A stretch of 64,000 nucleotides of DNA from Chrysomallon squamiferum (taxonomy: Eukaryota; Animalia; Mollusca), in the NCBI GenBank assembly GCA_012295275.1, contig CM022673.1:14756001-14820000 (forward strand), read 5' to 3'. The translations under genes and the position numbers were made by a program. The notes under the pieces are model-generated. The model did not search any database. It saw only the letters and a list, made by a program, of their open reading frames with translations, and was not told the origin of the DNA. Every line of letters begins with the position of its first letter. Position 1 is the first letter of the stretch. This document shows positions 25,897 to 39,798 of the stretch, piece after piece.

Positions 25897-26578
25897 CAGT
25901 GGTACCTCGAGTTACATGTTCTCCACCTTACGAGTTTTTCGAGTTACGAGTAGCCGCACGGTCGAATTTTTTCTTTGTGTCCTAGCCAAAATCCGAGTTA
26001 CGAGCGAGCTTCAGATATGCTGCCATTATTTGGCGCAACGAACAACACAACATCCGCCCAGCATCCCTTCACGTGGTTACCTCGCTGTGGAAGCATCTAT
26101 GTTGTGTTGTGCTCGCGTTGTGTGCAGTATTTTGCCATGGATCCCAAGAAATGAGTGCAAAGGACAATGCTGAGAAGAAGAAGCGGATGATGTCCATTGA
26201 ATTAAAGCATGAAATCATAGAAAAACATGAGCGAGGTGTGCGTGTAGTCAACATGGCTAGACAGTATGTGCGTAGTACTTCTACGATATGTACCATACTG
26301 ACGCAGAAGGAGTCGATTAAGGGTATAACTCCAGCCAAAGGCTTTAAAATAATTTCAACCCTGTACACTTTACAAAACCAATTTATTTCTTTACATTTTA
26401 ATTTATTTTATTTTTATACAATATTTTTCATTTATACATACATTGATCTTATTTAAAAACACGTTACAAAAAAATTGGGGTGGTTTTTGGGGGACTTTAA
26501 AGATATTTCGATTAATTTTTTTTGATTTGTTATACGAGCAGTTACAAGTCGTCTTTTAAACTCATAAGGTCAATACTG
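25897..26578 (+). mobile_element. Tigger/pogo (Tc1-mariner) transposon remnant, internally deleted
   Basis: Left end TA|CAGTGGTACCTCGAGTTAC. CENP-B-type HTH fragment KKKRMMSIELKHEIIEKHERGVRVVNMARQYVRSTSTICTIL. No DDE domain; degenerate right end at ~26560-26578. Confidence 0.8.
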
Positions 26579-27023
26579 TTTTTTATAAACTTTGAATAGA
26601 TTTGTATTCAAATGTTTTCCCACAAACCACACACACACACAAACACACACAAATAGATCACATGTTGAACGAATTTTGCATAGGATACATTAAAACAAAA
26701 AACAAATACCCATCAACCAGTTAAATTTGCTGCAGCCATGTGAACAACCATGTTACTAACACTGATCAGTGACTGGTCGAAATGAAGAAAGTTCAAACTG
26801 CAGATCAACAAAGTTTTTCTCATTTTATGTCGCCAGTCATTAAAAAAAAAAAAAAAAAGAAAAAGGTCAAAAAAAAGGAAACCCTGTGACCTACCCCAAC
26901 CCGGACGTACCAGTCGTGCGTCAACATTAGCAAGATAAAAAAAAAAATAAAAAAAAATAAGGCTATATAAAGAAATAATCTCTGTTATCAGTTATCAGTC
27001 TTGTGAACGAGATCACTGAAAAC

Positions 27024-28335
27024 ATGTTTATTTTACACTTTACAGTTTTCTTGGCATTTGTAGCAGGAGGTAGTTTTTATTTTTTTATTTTTTTGTAATT
27101 ATTATTTGTTTTTACGAAACAAATTTAAAAAAAAAAAATTGAATTTTATCTTTAAAAACATTTGTTAATTTCTGTTTATAACCGTGTGTTGTGTTTCTTC
27201 TCTCTGTGTTTGTGTGTCTAAATGCATACAAACATACATACGTGTATGTGTATGTGTATATATATATTAAAAGCGTTTATGAAAACTGTCATGCTAGTAT
27301 TTATTTAACATTATTTATGAATCCATCATGTTTAATTTTAACAAGTGTTTTGTGTCGACTGTACAAATAAACCGGACGGAGCTTATGATCAAGGATGTCG
27401 AGAATTTGTCCACTGTGAGAATCACGTGGCCACCTTAATTACGTGTAGCCATGGTACTGTGTTTAACAGCAGAACTGGTCTGTGTGACGAGTAAGTGAAA
27501 AATTAAGATTTATACAAACATGTTTAAACATTATAAATTTAAAATCAAAATTTTTGTCCTAGAAATGTAGAACAGTAAATGTTTTTATTTTAGAACTAAA
27601 AGTGTAATCATAAATGTTTGTGTTTTAGTACCGACAATGTAATTATAAATGTTTGTCTTTTAGTATTACAAATGTAAAACTAGAAATGTTTGTATTTTAG
27701 TACTAACAGTTAATTATAAATGTTTGTGTTTTAATACTACAAATGTAGAATTGTAAATGATTGTGTTTTAGTCCTTCGAACGTACCGCCACCATGCGGTG
27801 TTCTCAGAGACTGTTCAACGAAACCAGACGGAAGCTACCCAGATCATTCTGAAAATTGCAGAACATACTATACATGTCACGCAGGAACATTTTTCGGACA
27901 TAATTTCTGTACACCAGGTGACACATTCACATCAGTATTTTGTTAATTGTCTTTACAACAAACAAACAAAAGAAAAAAAAAAAAATCTCCAGAACTACAG
28001 CAACAACTATGTTATTATAGAAAGTTTAAAACGTCAGAAAAATTAACTTGCCATCGGGCCTGTAGATTTATTTATTAGTTAATTATTTTTTTAATTATTT
28101 ATTATTATTATTATTATTATAACAAAACCAAAATATATTCATGTATATATATATATTATTGTTATTAATAATATTAATAATAATAATAGCAAAATATATA
28201 CTGGCCTTCATTGACACATTTACATGTTATTACGACACATTTATTTAAAATATTTCAGGCACTGTTTTCAGTGAAGAACTTCAAACTTGTGACTGGCCGA
28301 GTGACGTCAAGAGGCCTTGTGGTACAAAACCATAG
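27024..28335 (+). CDS. Secreted two-domain CBM14 (peritrophin-A) protein, copy 1, intact, 137 aa
   Basis: TATATAA at 26964. Exons 27024-27069, 27346-27490, 27772-27917, 28259-28335 give MFILHFTVFLAFVAGVFCVDCTNKPDGAYDQGCREFVHCENHVATLITCSHGTVFNSRTGLCDDPSNVPPPCGVLRDCSTKPDGSYPDHSENCRTYYTCHAGTFFGHNFCTPGTVFSEELQTCDWPSDVKRPCGTKP: a signal peptide plus two six-Cys domains. AATAAA at 28403. Confidence 0.9.
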
Positions 28336-28549
28336 ACCAGCAGAAATAAACAGAAAACAAAGAACCTCGCTAATCGTGTAATTTGTGTTTTATCAAAAGG
28401 ACAATAAAATTATATTTTTCATTCTCATCTAAACGATTTTTTTTTTTTCTTTCTTTCTTTATCTTATTTTATTAAAATATGGATGAAAGGGGATTAACTC
28501 CAGGAACTGATTAAAAACAATGAAATGAATAAATAAATAAAATTTATAA

Positions 28550-28960
28550 ATAGTAAATATTAGTTCTGTTCACGTGTAATAGTTAACAACAGAGTGATGT
28601 GTTGTGTTAGAATACTTAGCAGCATGATATATTTGTGTTATAATAGTTAACAGAAGTGTGATTTTAAGTGTTATAATAGCTAATAGTTAACAAAAATACT
28701 GCTTGTTAACTAATCATGTATTTGATTTAGTTAATAAGCATTTTTTATGTTATAATACTTGCAATATGTTTATTTTGTATTATAATAGTTAACAGAAGGT
28801 GACTTTTAGTTAACGGTAACATGTTAACAACTTGTAACGATTTAGTTAATAAATATTTATGTTGCAATAGTTAATACCAGCGTGACGATTTAGGTAACAT
28901 TTCTTTTGTGTTATAATAGTTAACAGCAGCGTGACGTGTTAGTCAACACGTATTTATAAT
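28550..28960. repeat. Degenerate ~48-bp minisatellite between convergent CBM14 copies 1 and 2
   Basis: TTAGTTAAC...TTTGTGTTATAATAGTTAACAGCAGCGTGA units; same family as 36530-37210, 41920-42170 and 46730-46910. Confidence 0.75.
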
Positions 28961-29227
28961 TCGCGGATGTTTGTGATTAGTCAGCAGATTTAGGTTTATA
29001 AAATAAATGCAGTTCTCATCTGAAGAATTATTTCCAGTATTTCTGTAATTAATTCTTATAACATAATCACATAATTGAATGACTTGCGAATGAAAATAAA
29101 AAACGAAACAAAACAAAACATAACAAACAACATTGATATGAATGTTTTGTTTAGATATACATTTTTATTGTCCTGTTGATAAAACACAAATTACACGATT
29201 AGCGAGGTTCTTTGTTTTCTGCTGGTC

Positions 29228-30572
29228 TTTGGTTTTGTACCATAAGGTCTCTTGACGTCACTCGATATATTTTAAATAAATGTGTCGTAATAACATGTAA
29301 AGGAATCACTGACAATTGTTGTCATTGTTTTCTGTTGTTGTTGCTTTTGTTAGTTTTCTTGCATTTTCTTTTCTTTTTTTTTTTTTTTTTTTTTTTGTTT
29401 TGTTGTATTTTGTTTTATTCTTATTTTTGTTTGGGTTTTTTTTCGGATTATTTTCTTGTTTGTTTTTAATATCCTACGAATCTAAAAGAAAGGAAAACAA
29501 TTTCACCCAGGACGTAAATCGTTTAGTTCTTACTAAATCAAAACCATTTTCTAGATACGTCAACATTTTCACCTGTCATTGTAACTGTGAGACTAGTTGC
29601 ATGCTATCAATATTTTTTATTTTATAAATACTTAAACATCTAAAATAAAAAATAATCAGTTAAAGAAAAGGAAGCAAAAAAGAAGTTATTTTTATTTTTT
29701 GGGATTGTTCATAAGAAAAAATATCGATATGAATGTATCATCATCTGCTGTACTACTGTTATTGTTTTTTTTTTTTTTCTTATTTTTTAATTTTGTAAAG
29801 AAAGTTGACAAAATACTGGTGTGAATGTATCACCTGGAGTACAGAAAGTATGTCCGAAAAAGGTTTCTGCCTGACATGTGTAGTATGTCGCGCAATTTTC
29901 AAACTCTTCTTGTTTCGTTGAACAGTTTCTGTGAACACCGCATGGTGGCGGTGCGTTCTTAGAACTAAAACACAATCATTTACTATTCTACATTTCTAGT
30001 ACTAAACTACAAACATTTATAATTTTATTGTTAATACTAAAAACAAAACCATTTACAATTTAAACTTGTTAATACGAAATTACAAACCTTTCATTACTGT
30101 GCGTACAGTATTTACTTTGTTAAATACAAATATTTTCAGTTTTAATTATATAGACAGAGACACACACATACAGATAGATAGATAGATAAACTGTCTAGAT
30201 AGATTATCTACATTGATAGATAGATAGACAGACTGTCCTGATAGATGGACAGATGCATATATTTGTCATGCAGTCACTATAAATAAAGGTTAGATATTGT
30301 GACTAGATATATTTTTTGTTTTGTTGTAATGTTTTTAGGCTACAATCAAATTAAGACACGTAAATCTGTTACTGTGAAGAGCGGTGATTTGAGAAATAAA
30401 ACATTAATGTCATTAGTTTTTCTTGTGTTTAGAAATAACTCGTCATTGAGATATCAACTTTCGGCTGAGCCCCCCTGAAGTTCTAATATTTAGTAAGAGA
30501 AAACTGATACCTTCAGAGAATAGCAATATCTGTCTATCTATATTTCTATCTATCTCTATATCTATCTATCTA

Positions 30573-30611
<39 letters not shown>

Positions 30612-30733
30612 TTTATGCAGTAGTAATAGTAGTAGTAGTTGTTATTGATGTTGCTGCTGTGTATTTGTTTTCTTCCAGGGCAGAACATTCTATAAATTTT
30701 AATTAAATATTCAACAAACAGTATATATATATA

Positions 30734-30791
<58 letters not shown>

Positions 30792-31465
30792 TTGTTGTTG
30801 TTTTTGTTGTTTTGTTTACTTACTCCTCATCACACAGACCAGTTCTGCTATTAAATACAGCGCCGTGTTCACACGTAATCAAGTTGGCCACGTGATTCTC
30901 ACAGTGGATAAATTCTCGACATCCTTGATCATAAGCTCCGTCCGGTTTATTTGTACAGTCGACACAAAACACTTGTTAAAATTAAACATGATGGATTTGT
31001 ATAACGATCTTTTAGCAAATTACATCTTAACAAACAAAGCAGTGTTTTTCGCCTCTGTGTGTGTGTGTGTGTTTGCATAAGGATGATAAATGATAGTGTA
31101 AGCTGATAGCTTTACAGATTAAAATAAAAATGTGTGTGTGGCAAACAGCACGTCACTTTTTACTTACCAGATTTTTGATTTCGTACAACAGCAGGCTCTT
31201 CTTGCCAAATAACATTTCTAAAACAACAGATGTTTGATTTTAGAAAGTGCGCCACCGTTTTTATGCTTCTGTTTAGAAGTACAACAATAAATAGTCGATG
31301 ATACATTGCTATTGTCGAATGAACAAATTAAATAATTATAAAAATAAGTTATGTATCAGAATGTGACAGTGTGTTTTATTATTTTAATAATTTAAGTTTT
31401 ACGTAATTACAAATATTACCTGCTGTTACAGACGCCAAGGAAACTGTAAAGTGTAAAATAAACAC
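29228..31465 (-). pseudogene. CBM14 copy 2, pseudogene
   Basis: Exon 1 (31420-31465) has ATG changed to GTG and the TATA/promoter region is deleted. Exon 2 is 30824-30971. Exon 3 (29834-29964) has a 15-nt deletion. Exon 4 has lost its acceptor and 5' half and carries Cys>Tyr and TAG>AAG changes. Confidence 0.85.
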
Positions 31466-32005
31466 GGTTTCAGTGATCTCGTTCAAAATACTGATAACAG
31501 ATGACACATTTCTTTAGTCTCTGAGATTAAAACATGATATTCTAAAACTTTTATCAGACGTTTGTTAATTTAAATATTTAAAATGGAAGTAAAAATGACA
31601 TAAAGAGACATACATACCACCATAAACATACGCGCGTACACACACACACACACACATGCACATATATATTCACATACATACATATCCCTATGCACACACA
31701 CACACTCACACTCCAACACACACACACACACTAAACAGTATAAATAATATAAAACTATAAACAAATAAAGAAAAATACGTAAATGTTAAAGATGAACTTT
31801 AGTTACTCTTTACGTAAGTCAAAAACTTACGTTAAGTTAGAAATCCCAAGAAAACTGTATAGCAGTGATGTTTATAATCAGAATTCACTGTAGCAGTAAT
31901 GTTTGTATCAGAGGTGCCTGTCTATATTAGATTGTATCTATCAGATATATGAAAACTTTATATTCTAGTAACATGTGTTACAATTATCAAAGTTATCTCT
32001 GCTAC

Positions 32006-32498
32006 CTGGGGTGTGTCTTTTGGTCCGTTCTGCCAGATGTATCCTGACACGATCACTGCCAACATCTGATGAGCGCGTCTAAGTTCGGCAACTCCATTCA
32101 GCTTGGTGTGGTCTAACAGAGGCAGCTGAAATAACACATCTGTTGTAATATCAATCGTAACATTCAGTCTGTAACACTGTAACTAACTGTAACCACTATA
32201 ACCATTCAATGATATGTAACAAATGTAATCAGTCTAGGTTGTAGCAATGTAGCTAACTGTAATCACTGTTAAATCACATTAATTGTGATATAGACAGACT
32301 GACGTTCAAGAAAAACAGACAAACAGAAAGATCGACTGTACATAGAACACAGACAGACACATAAACAGAGATACAGAAACACCGACATACAGAAAAGCAA
32401 GCCAGATTCTCTTACATTCAGTACTTCATCTCGCATTTGACCTGTGGCGATCAGTTTGGCTATGTCACGTGACAGTCTGTTCCAAGGCTCAAAGTATT
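32006..32498 (-). pseudogene. Inverted partial duplicate of IDO exons 2-3
   Basis: 32416-32498 and 32006-32125 are reverse complements of 49986-50068 and 50338-50457, with 3 synonymous differences. The first 16 nt of exon 2 are missing and there are no further IDO exons on this strand. Confidence 0.92.
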
Positions 32499-32654
32499 CT
32501 AATAATACTACTACTAATAATAATAATAATGAACAAGAATACAATATTAACAATTTAAAATACAGTTTCAGTTAAAATTTCATGGTTATTTACTTCGTTG
32601 ACTTCCCCAACCGATATGTACCAATAAATAAATAAAAATAATAATAATAAAAAT

Positions 32655-32763
32655 GGCTATGTAAAAAAATTATCTGTGTTATCTGTCATCACTTTTATGA
32701 ACGACATCACTGAAAACATGTTTATTTTACACTTTATAATTTTCTTTGCATTTGTAACTTAAC
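32655..32763 (+). pseudogene. Orphan CBM14 promoter/exon-1 copy with an in-frame stop
   Basis: ATG at 32718 reads MFILHFIIFFAFVT then TAA, followed by C|GTAAAT. It has no exon 2 of its own. Confidence 0.75.
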
Positions 32764-32967
32764 GTAAATTTTGGACTTTATTTTAAGAGTAACTAAAGTT
32801 CACCTTTAACATATACATATTTGTTTTTAATTTGCTTATAATTTTATGTTATTTATACTCTTTGGAGTGTGTATGTCTTTGTATGTATGTATAATGCATG
32901 TGTGAGTGTTTCTGTGTATGCGTAGGAATATGTATATATGAGTTTATGGTTGTATGTATGTGTACTG

Positions 32968-33027
<60 letters not shown>

Positions 33028-33353
33028 AAGGTTGTATGTATGTCTCTTTATGTCATTTTTGTTTCGTTTTTAAATGTTCAAATTCGCAAACGTCTCTGAC
33101 ACCAATTTTAGAAAATCATTTTTTAATCTGAAGCTATATTAATAAGAAGAAGAAGAAGAAGAAGAATTTAAAAAATACCCATTTAAAGAATCATTTCCAA
33201 AGATGGTATTGTTCACAGAAACCCTGGGATCCTCCCCTAACCCGGATGTATGAGTAGTGGTGACTGAATGGACAAGAAAAAAAAAGAAATGGATATATAA
33301 AGAAATAATCTCTGTTATCAGTTATCAGTCTTGTGAACGAGATCACTGAAAAC

Positions 33354-33441
33354 ATGTCTGTTTTACACTTTACAATTTTCCTGGCATTTGTAAAAGGAGG
33401 TAGTTTATTATTTATTTTATCTATTTATTTATTTATTTATT

Positions 33442-33507
<66 letters not shown>

Positions 33508-34216
33508 TTAATAACTAAATTTAAAAACAAAAATTCAATTTTATCTTTAAAAACATTTGTTAACTTCTGTTCATACCCTTGTGTTTTCTTCGCTCCGTGT
33601 TTATGTGTCTAAATATGTACACACATATACACACATGACTACGTAGACATATGCATGTGTATGTGTATGTGCATACACATTTAAAAAGCTTTGATGAAAA
33701 ATGTCATACTGGTATTTGTTTAACATTATTTATAAATCTTTCATGTTTAATTTGAACAAGCGTTTTGTATCATCTGTTCATACATGTCGAACGGAACTTA
33801 TGGACAAGGATGTCGAGCATATGTCCGCTGTGAGAATCACGTGGCCACGTTGATATCATGTCAGTATAACAAAGTATTTAACAGCAGAACTGGTCAGTGT
33901 GACGAGTAAGACATTATAAAGCTACATTAAACCAAAGGTTTGTCTCGATTTTACCAGTGATTTAAACTATTTTCGTGGTGAAAATACTTCACTTTCTTTT
34001 TGGAATAATATTTTTTCATAAGAAGAGAAAAGGACAGGAAGAAAAAAAAAAATATATATATATATATATGTATAACTCAGAGTTAATTCAAAGAGAGATC
34101 TTATATTTATTAAATTTTCTTCTTTCAATTTTTTTTCTTCTACCAATATAAAAATTAAAAAAGGAAAAGTGAAAATATTTGTATTTTAATTGGTTATAAA
34201 ACGCATTAGCCAAAAA

Positions 34217-34256
<40 letters not shown>

Positions 34257-34877
34257 CAATTAAAATACACGATTAAATATGTTTGTATTTTCGTACTAGC
34301 AATGTTAATTATAAAATATTTATCTTTTAATATTAGAAATGTAAAATTGTAAAAGTTTCTAATTTAAAAAATATTTAAATCTTTTGTTAATATTAGAAAT
34401 GTAAAATTATAAATGTTTGTGTTTTGGTACCGACAATGTAATTATAAATGTTTGTCTTTTAGTAATAGACATGTAAAACCATAAATGTTTTTATTTTAGT
34501 ACTAACAGTGTAATTATAAATGTTTGTGTTTTAGTACTACAAATGTAGAATTGTAAATGTTTGCATTTTAGCCCTAAGAACGTACCGCCACCATGCGGTG
34601 TTATCATAGATTGTTCCACGAAACAAGACGGAAAATACCCAGATTATTTTGATAACTGCACAACATATTATGCATGTCGTGGAGGAGCATTTTTCGGACA
34701 TAATTTTTGTACACCAGGTGATAATACATTCACATCAGTATTTTAAAAAAAATTCTTTACAAGAACGACAAAACAAGAAACAGAACAAGAGCAACAATTG
34801 TAATATTATAGAAAATTTAGAATGCCAGAAAAATTAATTTGCCATCGGGCCCATAGATTTATTTATTAGTTAATAAT

Positions 34878-34919
<42 letters not shown>

Positions 34920-36089
34920 CAAAACCAAAAGCCAAAGAAATGTAATATTATTAGCATGGATCAACAGGAACGATAACTCGTAACGGCATAAATGATGTCA
35001 CCCGTAAACAAAATTGGCGATTTAATGGTTACAAACAACACCTGAATGTTCTTTTCTGTTGGGTTCTGACACGGGGAACACTGCCAGCTAGAAAAGTTAA
35101 TACATTAATATTATAACGAATTATAATTTTAGTTCATTATGCACGCATTTGCTCAAAAATAATCCGGTTTAAAAGTTTGATTAAGTTGAAAAAGTAGTTA
35201 GGAAAGGCGCAGGACATCATGGTTTGGTAATATGAACAACCATCCTTACATTTATCAGTATAAATCATAAAATGTACAGAAAATAGAAGTAAAATAATTG
35301 AATTTTGAAGTTTAAGAACCCGATCAGACAGTTTCCGAGCGCTGCCGGAAACTTCCAAGTCGAATGCCGGTGAATGTTTACAAACATGTAAATGTATTCC
35401 TTCATAATGCAATCAATTCTACATAGATTATTAAAAGTAATTTGGGGAAATATATCATATAATCAATGCCTCGTATACACAGATGTCTATTATTTAGTGG
35501 TAATTGCTGCAAAGGTAGAAGCATTTGATTTTTGGGGTTTTGTTGGGTTTTTGTCGGGGGGGTTACTTTGACGTCATACCATCTCGTACCTGTTTAATAC
35601 TTTTTTTAAATATTATTACGATGTCGTCCACAAAAATAAATAAATAAATAAATAATAATAATAAACAATTTTCACAGATACTGGCGCGTGAATATGAAGA
35701 TGACCATTCTCATTATAATCATAATGTTGACACGTTACTCTGCCAAAACTCCATAGCGGACAGTTCTGAGTAATTCATTTTTTTAATATTTATTTCCATT
35801 TTCAATGCATTAGCGGTGGTATTTACATGTAAAAAGCAAATTGATCACATGTTATTTCAGTGATTGCCTTGATACATTTACTATAATGCTTGATACCAGT
35901 TTTAGAATAGAAAATTAAAAATAAAACAAAAAATTAAAGGTCCGTCAACCGGCCGTATACAAAAATTAGTTTAAAATTAAGTTTTAACTCGTTATCATTA
36001 AAACAAAAGGCATTTAACTTATATTTTGCAAACAGTGAGTTTCCAATTATAATTTTAAAAGAACCACTGGTCCATGCTAATATTACGTC

Positions 36090-36140
<51 letters not shown>

Positions 36141-36287
36141 CATTCAAATATTTTTACATTCATGGACTCATTTATGTGTTATTAGGACACATTTATTTAA
36201 AATATTTCAGGCACTGTTTTCAATGAAGAACTTCAAACTTGTGACTGGCCGAGTGACGTCAAGAGGCCTTGTGGTACAAAACTATAG
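33354..36287 (+). CDS. Secreted two-domain CBM14 protein, copy 3, intact and divergent
   Basis: Exons 33354-33399, 33761-33905, 34572-34717, 36211-36287 with the same sizes (46/145/146/77) and all 12 domain cysteines. TATA at ~33294. Confidence 0.88.
34949..36082. mobile_element. ~1.1-kb insertion with short terminal inverted repeats in intron 3 of CBM14 copy 3
   Basis: Absent from the equivalent intron of copies 1, 5 and 7. Ends TATTAGCATGGATCA / TGGTCCATGCTAATA (14 of 15 inverted match). Confidence 0.55.
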
Positions 36288-36472
36288 ACGAGCAGAAATA
36301 AACAGAAAACAAAGAACCTCGCTAATTTTGTAATTTGTTTTTTATCAACAGGACAATAAAATTATATTTCTCATTGTTATCTACAACATTTTGTTTCTTC
36401 TTTCTTGATCTGATTTTTTATCTGATGAAGGGGCATTAACTCTAGGAACTGAATAAAAATAATGAAATGAAA

Positions 36473-36503
<31 letters not shown>

Positions 36504-36529
36504 AATTAATAAATAATAAATATCAGTTC

Positions 36530-37210
36530 TGTTCACAGCAGTGTGATGATTTAGTTAACATGTATTTATAATAGCAGAGTCATGATTTAGTTAACATGTA
36601 TTTGTGTTATAATAGTTAACAGCAGCTTGATGACTTAGTTAACATGTATTTGTGTTATAATAGGTAACAGTAGCGTGATGATTTACGTAACATGTATTTG
36701 TGTTATAATAGGTAACAGTAGCGTGATGATTTACGTAACATGTATTTGTTATAATAGGTAACAGCAGCGTGATGATTTAGTTAACATGTATGTGTTATAA
36801 TAGTTAACAGCAGCGTGATAATTTAGTTAACATGTATTTGTGTTATAATAGTTAACAGCAGCGTGATGATTTAGTTAACATGTATTTGTGTTATAATAGG
36901 TAACAACTAACTATTTAGTTAACATGTATTTGTGTTACAACAGATTACAACAGTGACGATTTAGTTAACGTATTTGTACTAGAAATAGTAAAGAGCAGCG
37001 AGATTATTTCACGTCTATTTGTGTTATAATAGTTAACAGCAGCATGACTATTTGGTTGTTATAACAACGGTGATGATTTAGTTAACATATATTTGTGTTA
37101 TATCAGTTAATAGCAGCGTGTTGATTTAGTTAACATGTATTTGTGTTACAATAGTTAACAACAGCGTGATGTATTTTGTATTATAATAATTAAAAGCAGC
37201 GTGATGTCTT
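36530..37210. repeat. 48-bp minisatellite between convergent CBM14 copies 3 and 4
   Basis: TTAGTTAACATGTATTTGTGTTATAATAGTTAACAGCAGCGTGATGAT, about 14 copies. Confidence 0.9.
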
Positions 37211-37499
37211 AGTCAACACGTATTTATAATTCACGGATGTTTTCGGTTATCAGCAGATTTTGGTTTGTAAAATAAATGCAGTTCTTATCTGAAGGATTAT
37301 ATCCAGTATTTCTGTAATTAATTCATTATATCATAATCATATAAACGAATGAAATGGGAATGAAAATAAGAAAATGAAACAAATAAACAAACAACATTGT
37401 TACGATATTCGGTTTAGAAATATAATTTTATTGTCAATTTGATAAAAAACAAATTACACGATTAGCGAGGTTCTTTGTTTTCTGTTTATTTCTGCTGGT

Positions 37500-39224
37500 C
37501 TATGGTTTTGTACCACAAGGCCTCTTGACGTCACTCGGCCAGTCACAAGTTTGAAGTTCTTCACTGAAAACAGTGCCTGAAATATTTTTTTTAAAATGTG
37601 TTGTAATAACAGGTTCTTTTCTGTTGTTGTTGCTTTTGTTTGTTAGTTTGCATTTTAATTTTGTTTATTATTTTTCTTTTTTCTATTTTCTTTTATTTTC
37701 TTTAATTTTTCCATAATTTTAATTTTTTTTTTTTTTTTTTTGTTCGGATTATTTTCTTGTTTGTTTGTTTTTAACATGCGATGAATCTAAAAGAACGAAA
37801 AACAATTTCACCTAAGACATTAATCGTTTAGTTCTTACTAAATCATAACCATTTTCTAGATACGTCAACATTTTCACCTGTCACTGTAACTGTGAGACTA
37901 GTTGCATCATATCAAAGCTCTTATTTTTATTTTATAAATAATTTAACATATATAATTTAAAAAAAAAAAAAAAAAAAAATCATTTAATGAAAAAGTTTAG
38001 TTTTTTTGTTTTTTGTTGTTGTTGTTGTTGTTGTTTTATACAAAATACTGATGTCAATGTCTCACCTGGTGTACAGAAATTATGTCCGAAAAATGTTCCT
38101 GCGTGACATGTGTAGTATGTTCTGCAATTTTCAGAATAATCTGGATATCTTCCGTCTTGTTTCGTTGTGCAGTCTCTGAGAACACCGCACGGTGGCGGTA
38201 CGTTCGAAGGACTAAAACACAAACATTTATAATTTAGACTGTTTGTACTAAAATACAAACATTTATAATTTTACGTTATTAATACTAAATGACAAACCTT
38301 TGATTACTGTGCGTACAATTTTTACTTTGTTAAAGACAAATATTTGCTGCTTCACTCATATATGTATGTATGTATGTATGTATGTTTATATTTTAAATAC
38401 ATGTAGTAGTAATAGTAGTAGAGATTATTGTTGGTGTTACTGCTAGGTATGTGTTTCCTTGCAAGACAAAAGAGAACGCACTTTTAATTAATTATTAAAC
38501 AATAACAATAAAAAAGCAAAAACCCCAAAATAATAAACATATATATAAGGGTTTTTGGGGGGGTTACTTACTCGTCACATCGACCAGTTCTGCCGTTAAA
38601 TACAGTGTTATGTTCACACGTAATCAAGTTGGCCACGTGATTCTCACAGAGGATAAACTCTCGACATCCTTGATCATAAGCTCCGTCCGGTTTATTTGTA
38701 CAGTCGACACAAAACACTTGTTAAAATTAAACATGAGATATGTATAAGTAATGATATTTTAGCAAATTACATCTCAACAAACAAAAGAATGTGTTTCGCC
38801 TGTGTGTGTGCGTTCATGCGCGCACGCGCGTTCGTGTGTGTGTGTTGCATAAGGAAGATAAATGATATGTTTATGCTGATAGCTTCACAGATTAAAATAA
38901 AAATGTGTGTGTGGCAAACAGCACATAACTTTGTCATTTTTCACTTATCAGCTTTTTGACTTCATACAACAGAAGGCTTTTGTTATCAAATAACGTCTAA
39001 AACAACACGTTTTTATGCGTCTGTTTAGAAGTGAAACAATAAATAGTAAATGAAACGTTATTTTTTTTTCGAATGAATAAATTAAAATAGTTATTGAAAA
39101 GTTATGCATCATTAACAATATGTTTGTTTTGAAAAGTAAAACTTAATAATTTAAGTTTTACGTAATAACAAATATTACCTGCTGTTACAAGTGCCAAGAA
39201 AACTGTAAAGTGTAAAATAAACAT
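37500..39224 (-). CDS. Secreted two-domain CBM14 protein, copy 4, intact
   Basis: Exons 39224-39179, 38716-38572, 38211-38066, 37576-37500. Open frame, 12 domain cysteines, TATA at ~39280. Confidence 0.9.
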
Positions 39225-39391
39225 GTTTTCAGTGATCTCGTTCACAAGACTGATAACTGATAACAGATTATATCTTTTTATATCCATTTTTAATTTTTTA
39301 AATTTTTAAATTTTATGTATTTATTGGGTGTTTTTTTTTTTTTTATAACATTTTCTCTTTTTTTTTTGTCTGGTCAGTCACTACTACCGAT

Positions 39392-39427
39392 ACATCCGGT
39401 TATGGGAAGTCCCAGGGTTCCTATGAA
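39392..39427 (-). promoter_or_regulatory. ETS-like and kappaB-like motif cassette upstream of CBM14 copy 4
   Basis: ACATCCGG (39392-39399) next to GGGAAGTCCC (39404-39413, fits GGGRNNYYCC). Equivalent cassettes lie at 33226-33249 and 49510-49532. Motif match only. Confidence 0.45.
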
Positions 39428-39461
39428 AAATACCATCTTGGGAAATGACTTTTTTTAAATG

Positions 39462-39504
<43 letters not shown>

Positions 39505-39798
39505 CCTTTATATATAGGCTCAGATTAAAACCTTTCTTTCTAAAACTGGTGTCGTGAGATATACACACAACCATAAGCACACACACGTAAACACATACAT
39601 ACACACACACACAGATATACACATAAATTCACATATATACATATTCACAGATAGACACATATACATACATATACACATATATATACACTTACTCCAAAGT
39701 GTATCAATAATATAAAGTTATAAAAAATAAAAAATACATCTAAATGTATATGTTTAAAGATGAATTTTAGTTACTCTTTACCTAAGTCAAAAATTTAT

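Noticed and set aside
26073-26456. ORF that looks like a signal peptide fused to an HTH domain
   Set aside because: It lies within a Tigger/pogo remnant. The hydrophobic start is upstream transposon sequence brought into frame, and the transposase is truncated.
24265-28335. In-frame IDO exon 1 / CBM14 chimeric protein
   Set aside because: IDO exon 1 ends in phase 0 while CBM14 exons 2-4 start in phases 1, 2 and 1, so such splices would be out of frame.
30865-31080. Recurring ORF family 'FTRNQVGHVIL..DKFSTSLIISSVRFICTVDTKHLLKLN' (also 40451, 43563, 48542)
   Set aside because: These are antisense shadows of CBM14 exon 2 and recur only because that exon is duplicated.
32006-32498. A second functional IDO gene on the minus strand
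   Set aside because: Only exons 2-3 are present, exon 2 is 5'-truncated out of phase, and I found no exon 1 or exons 4-14 on that strand.
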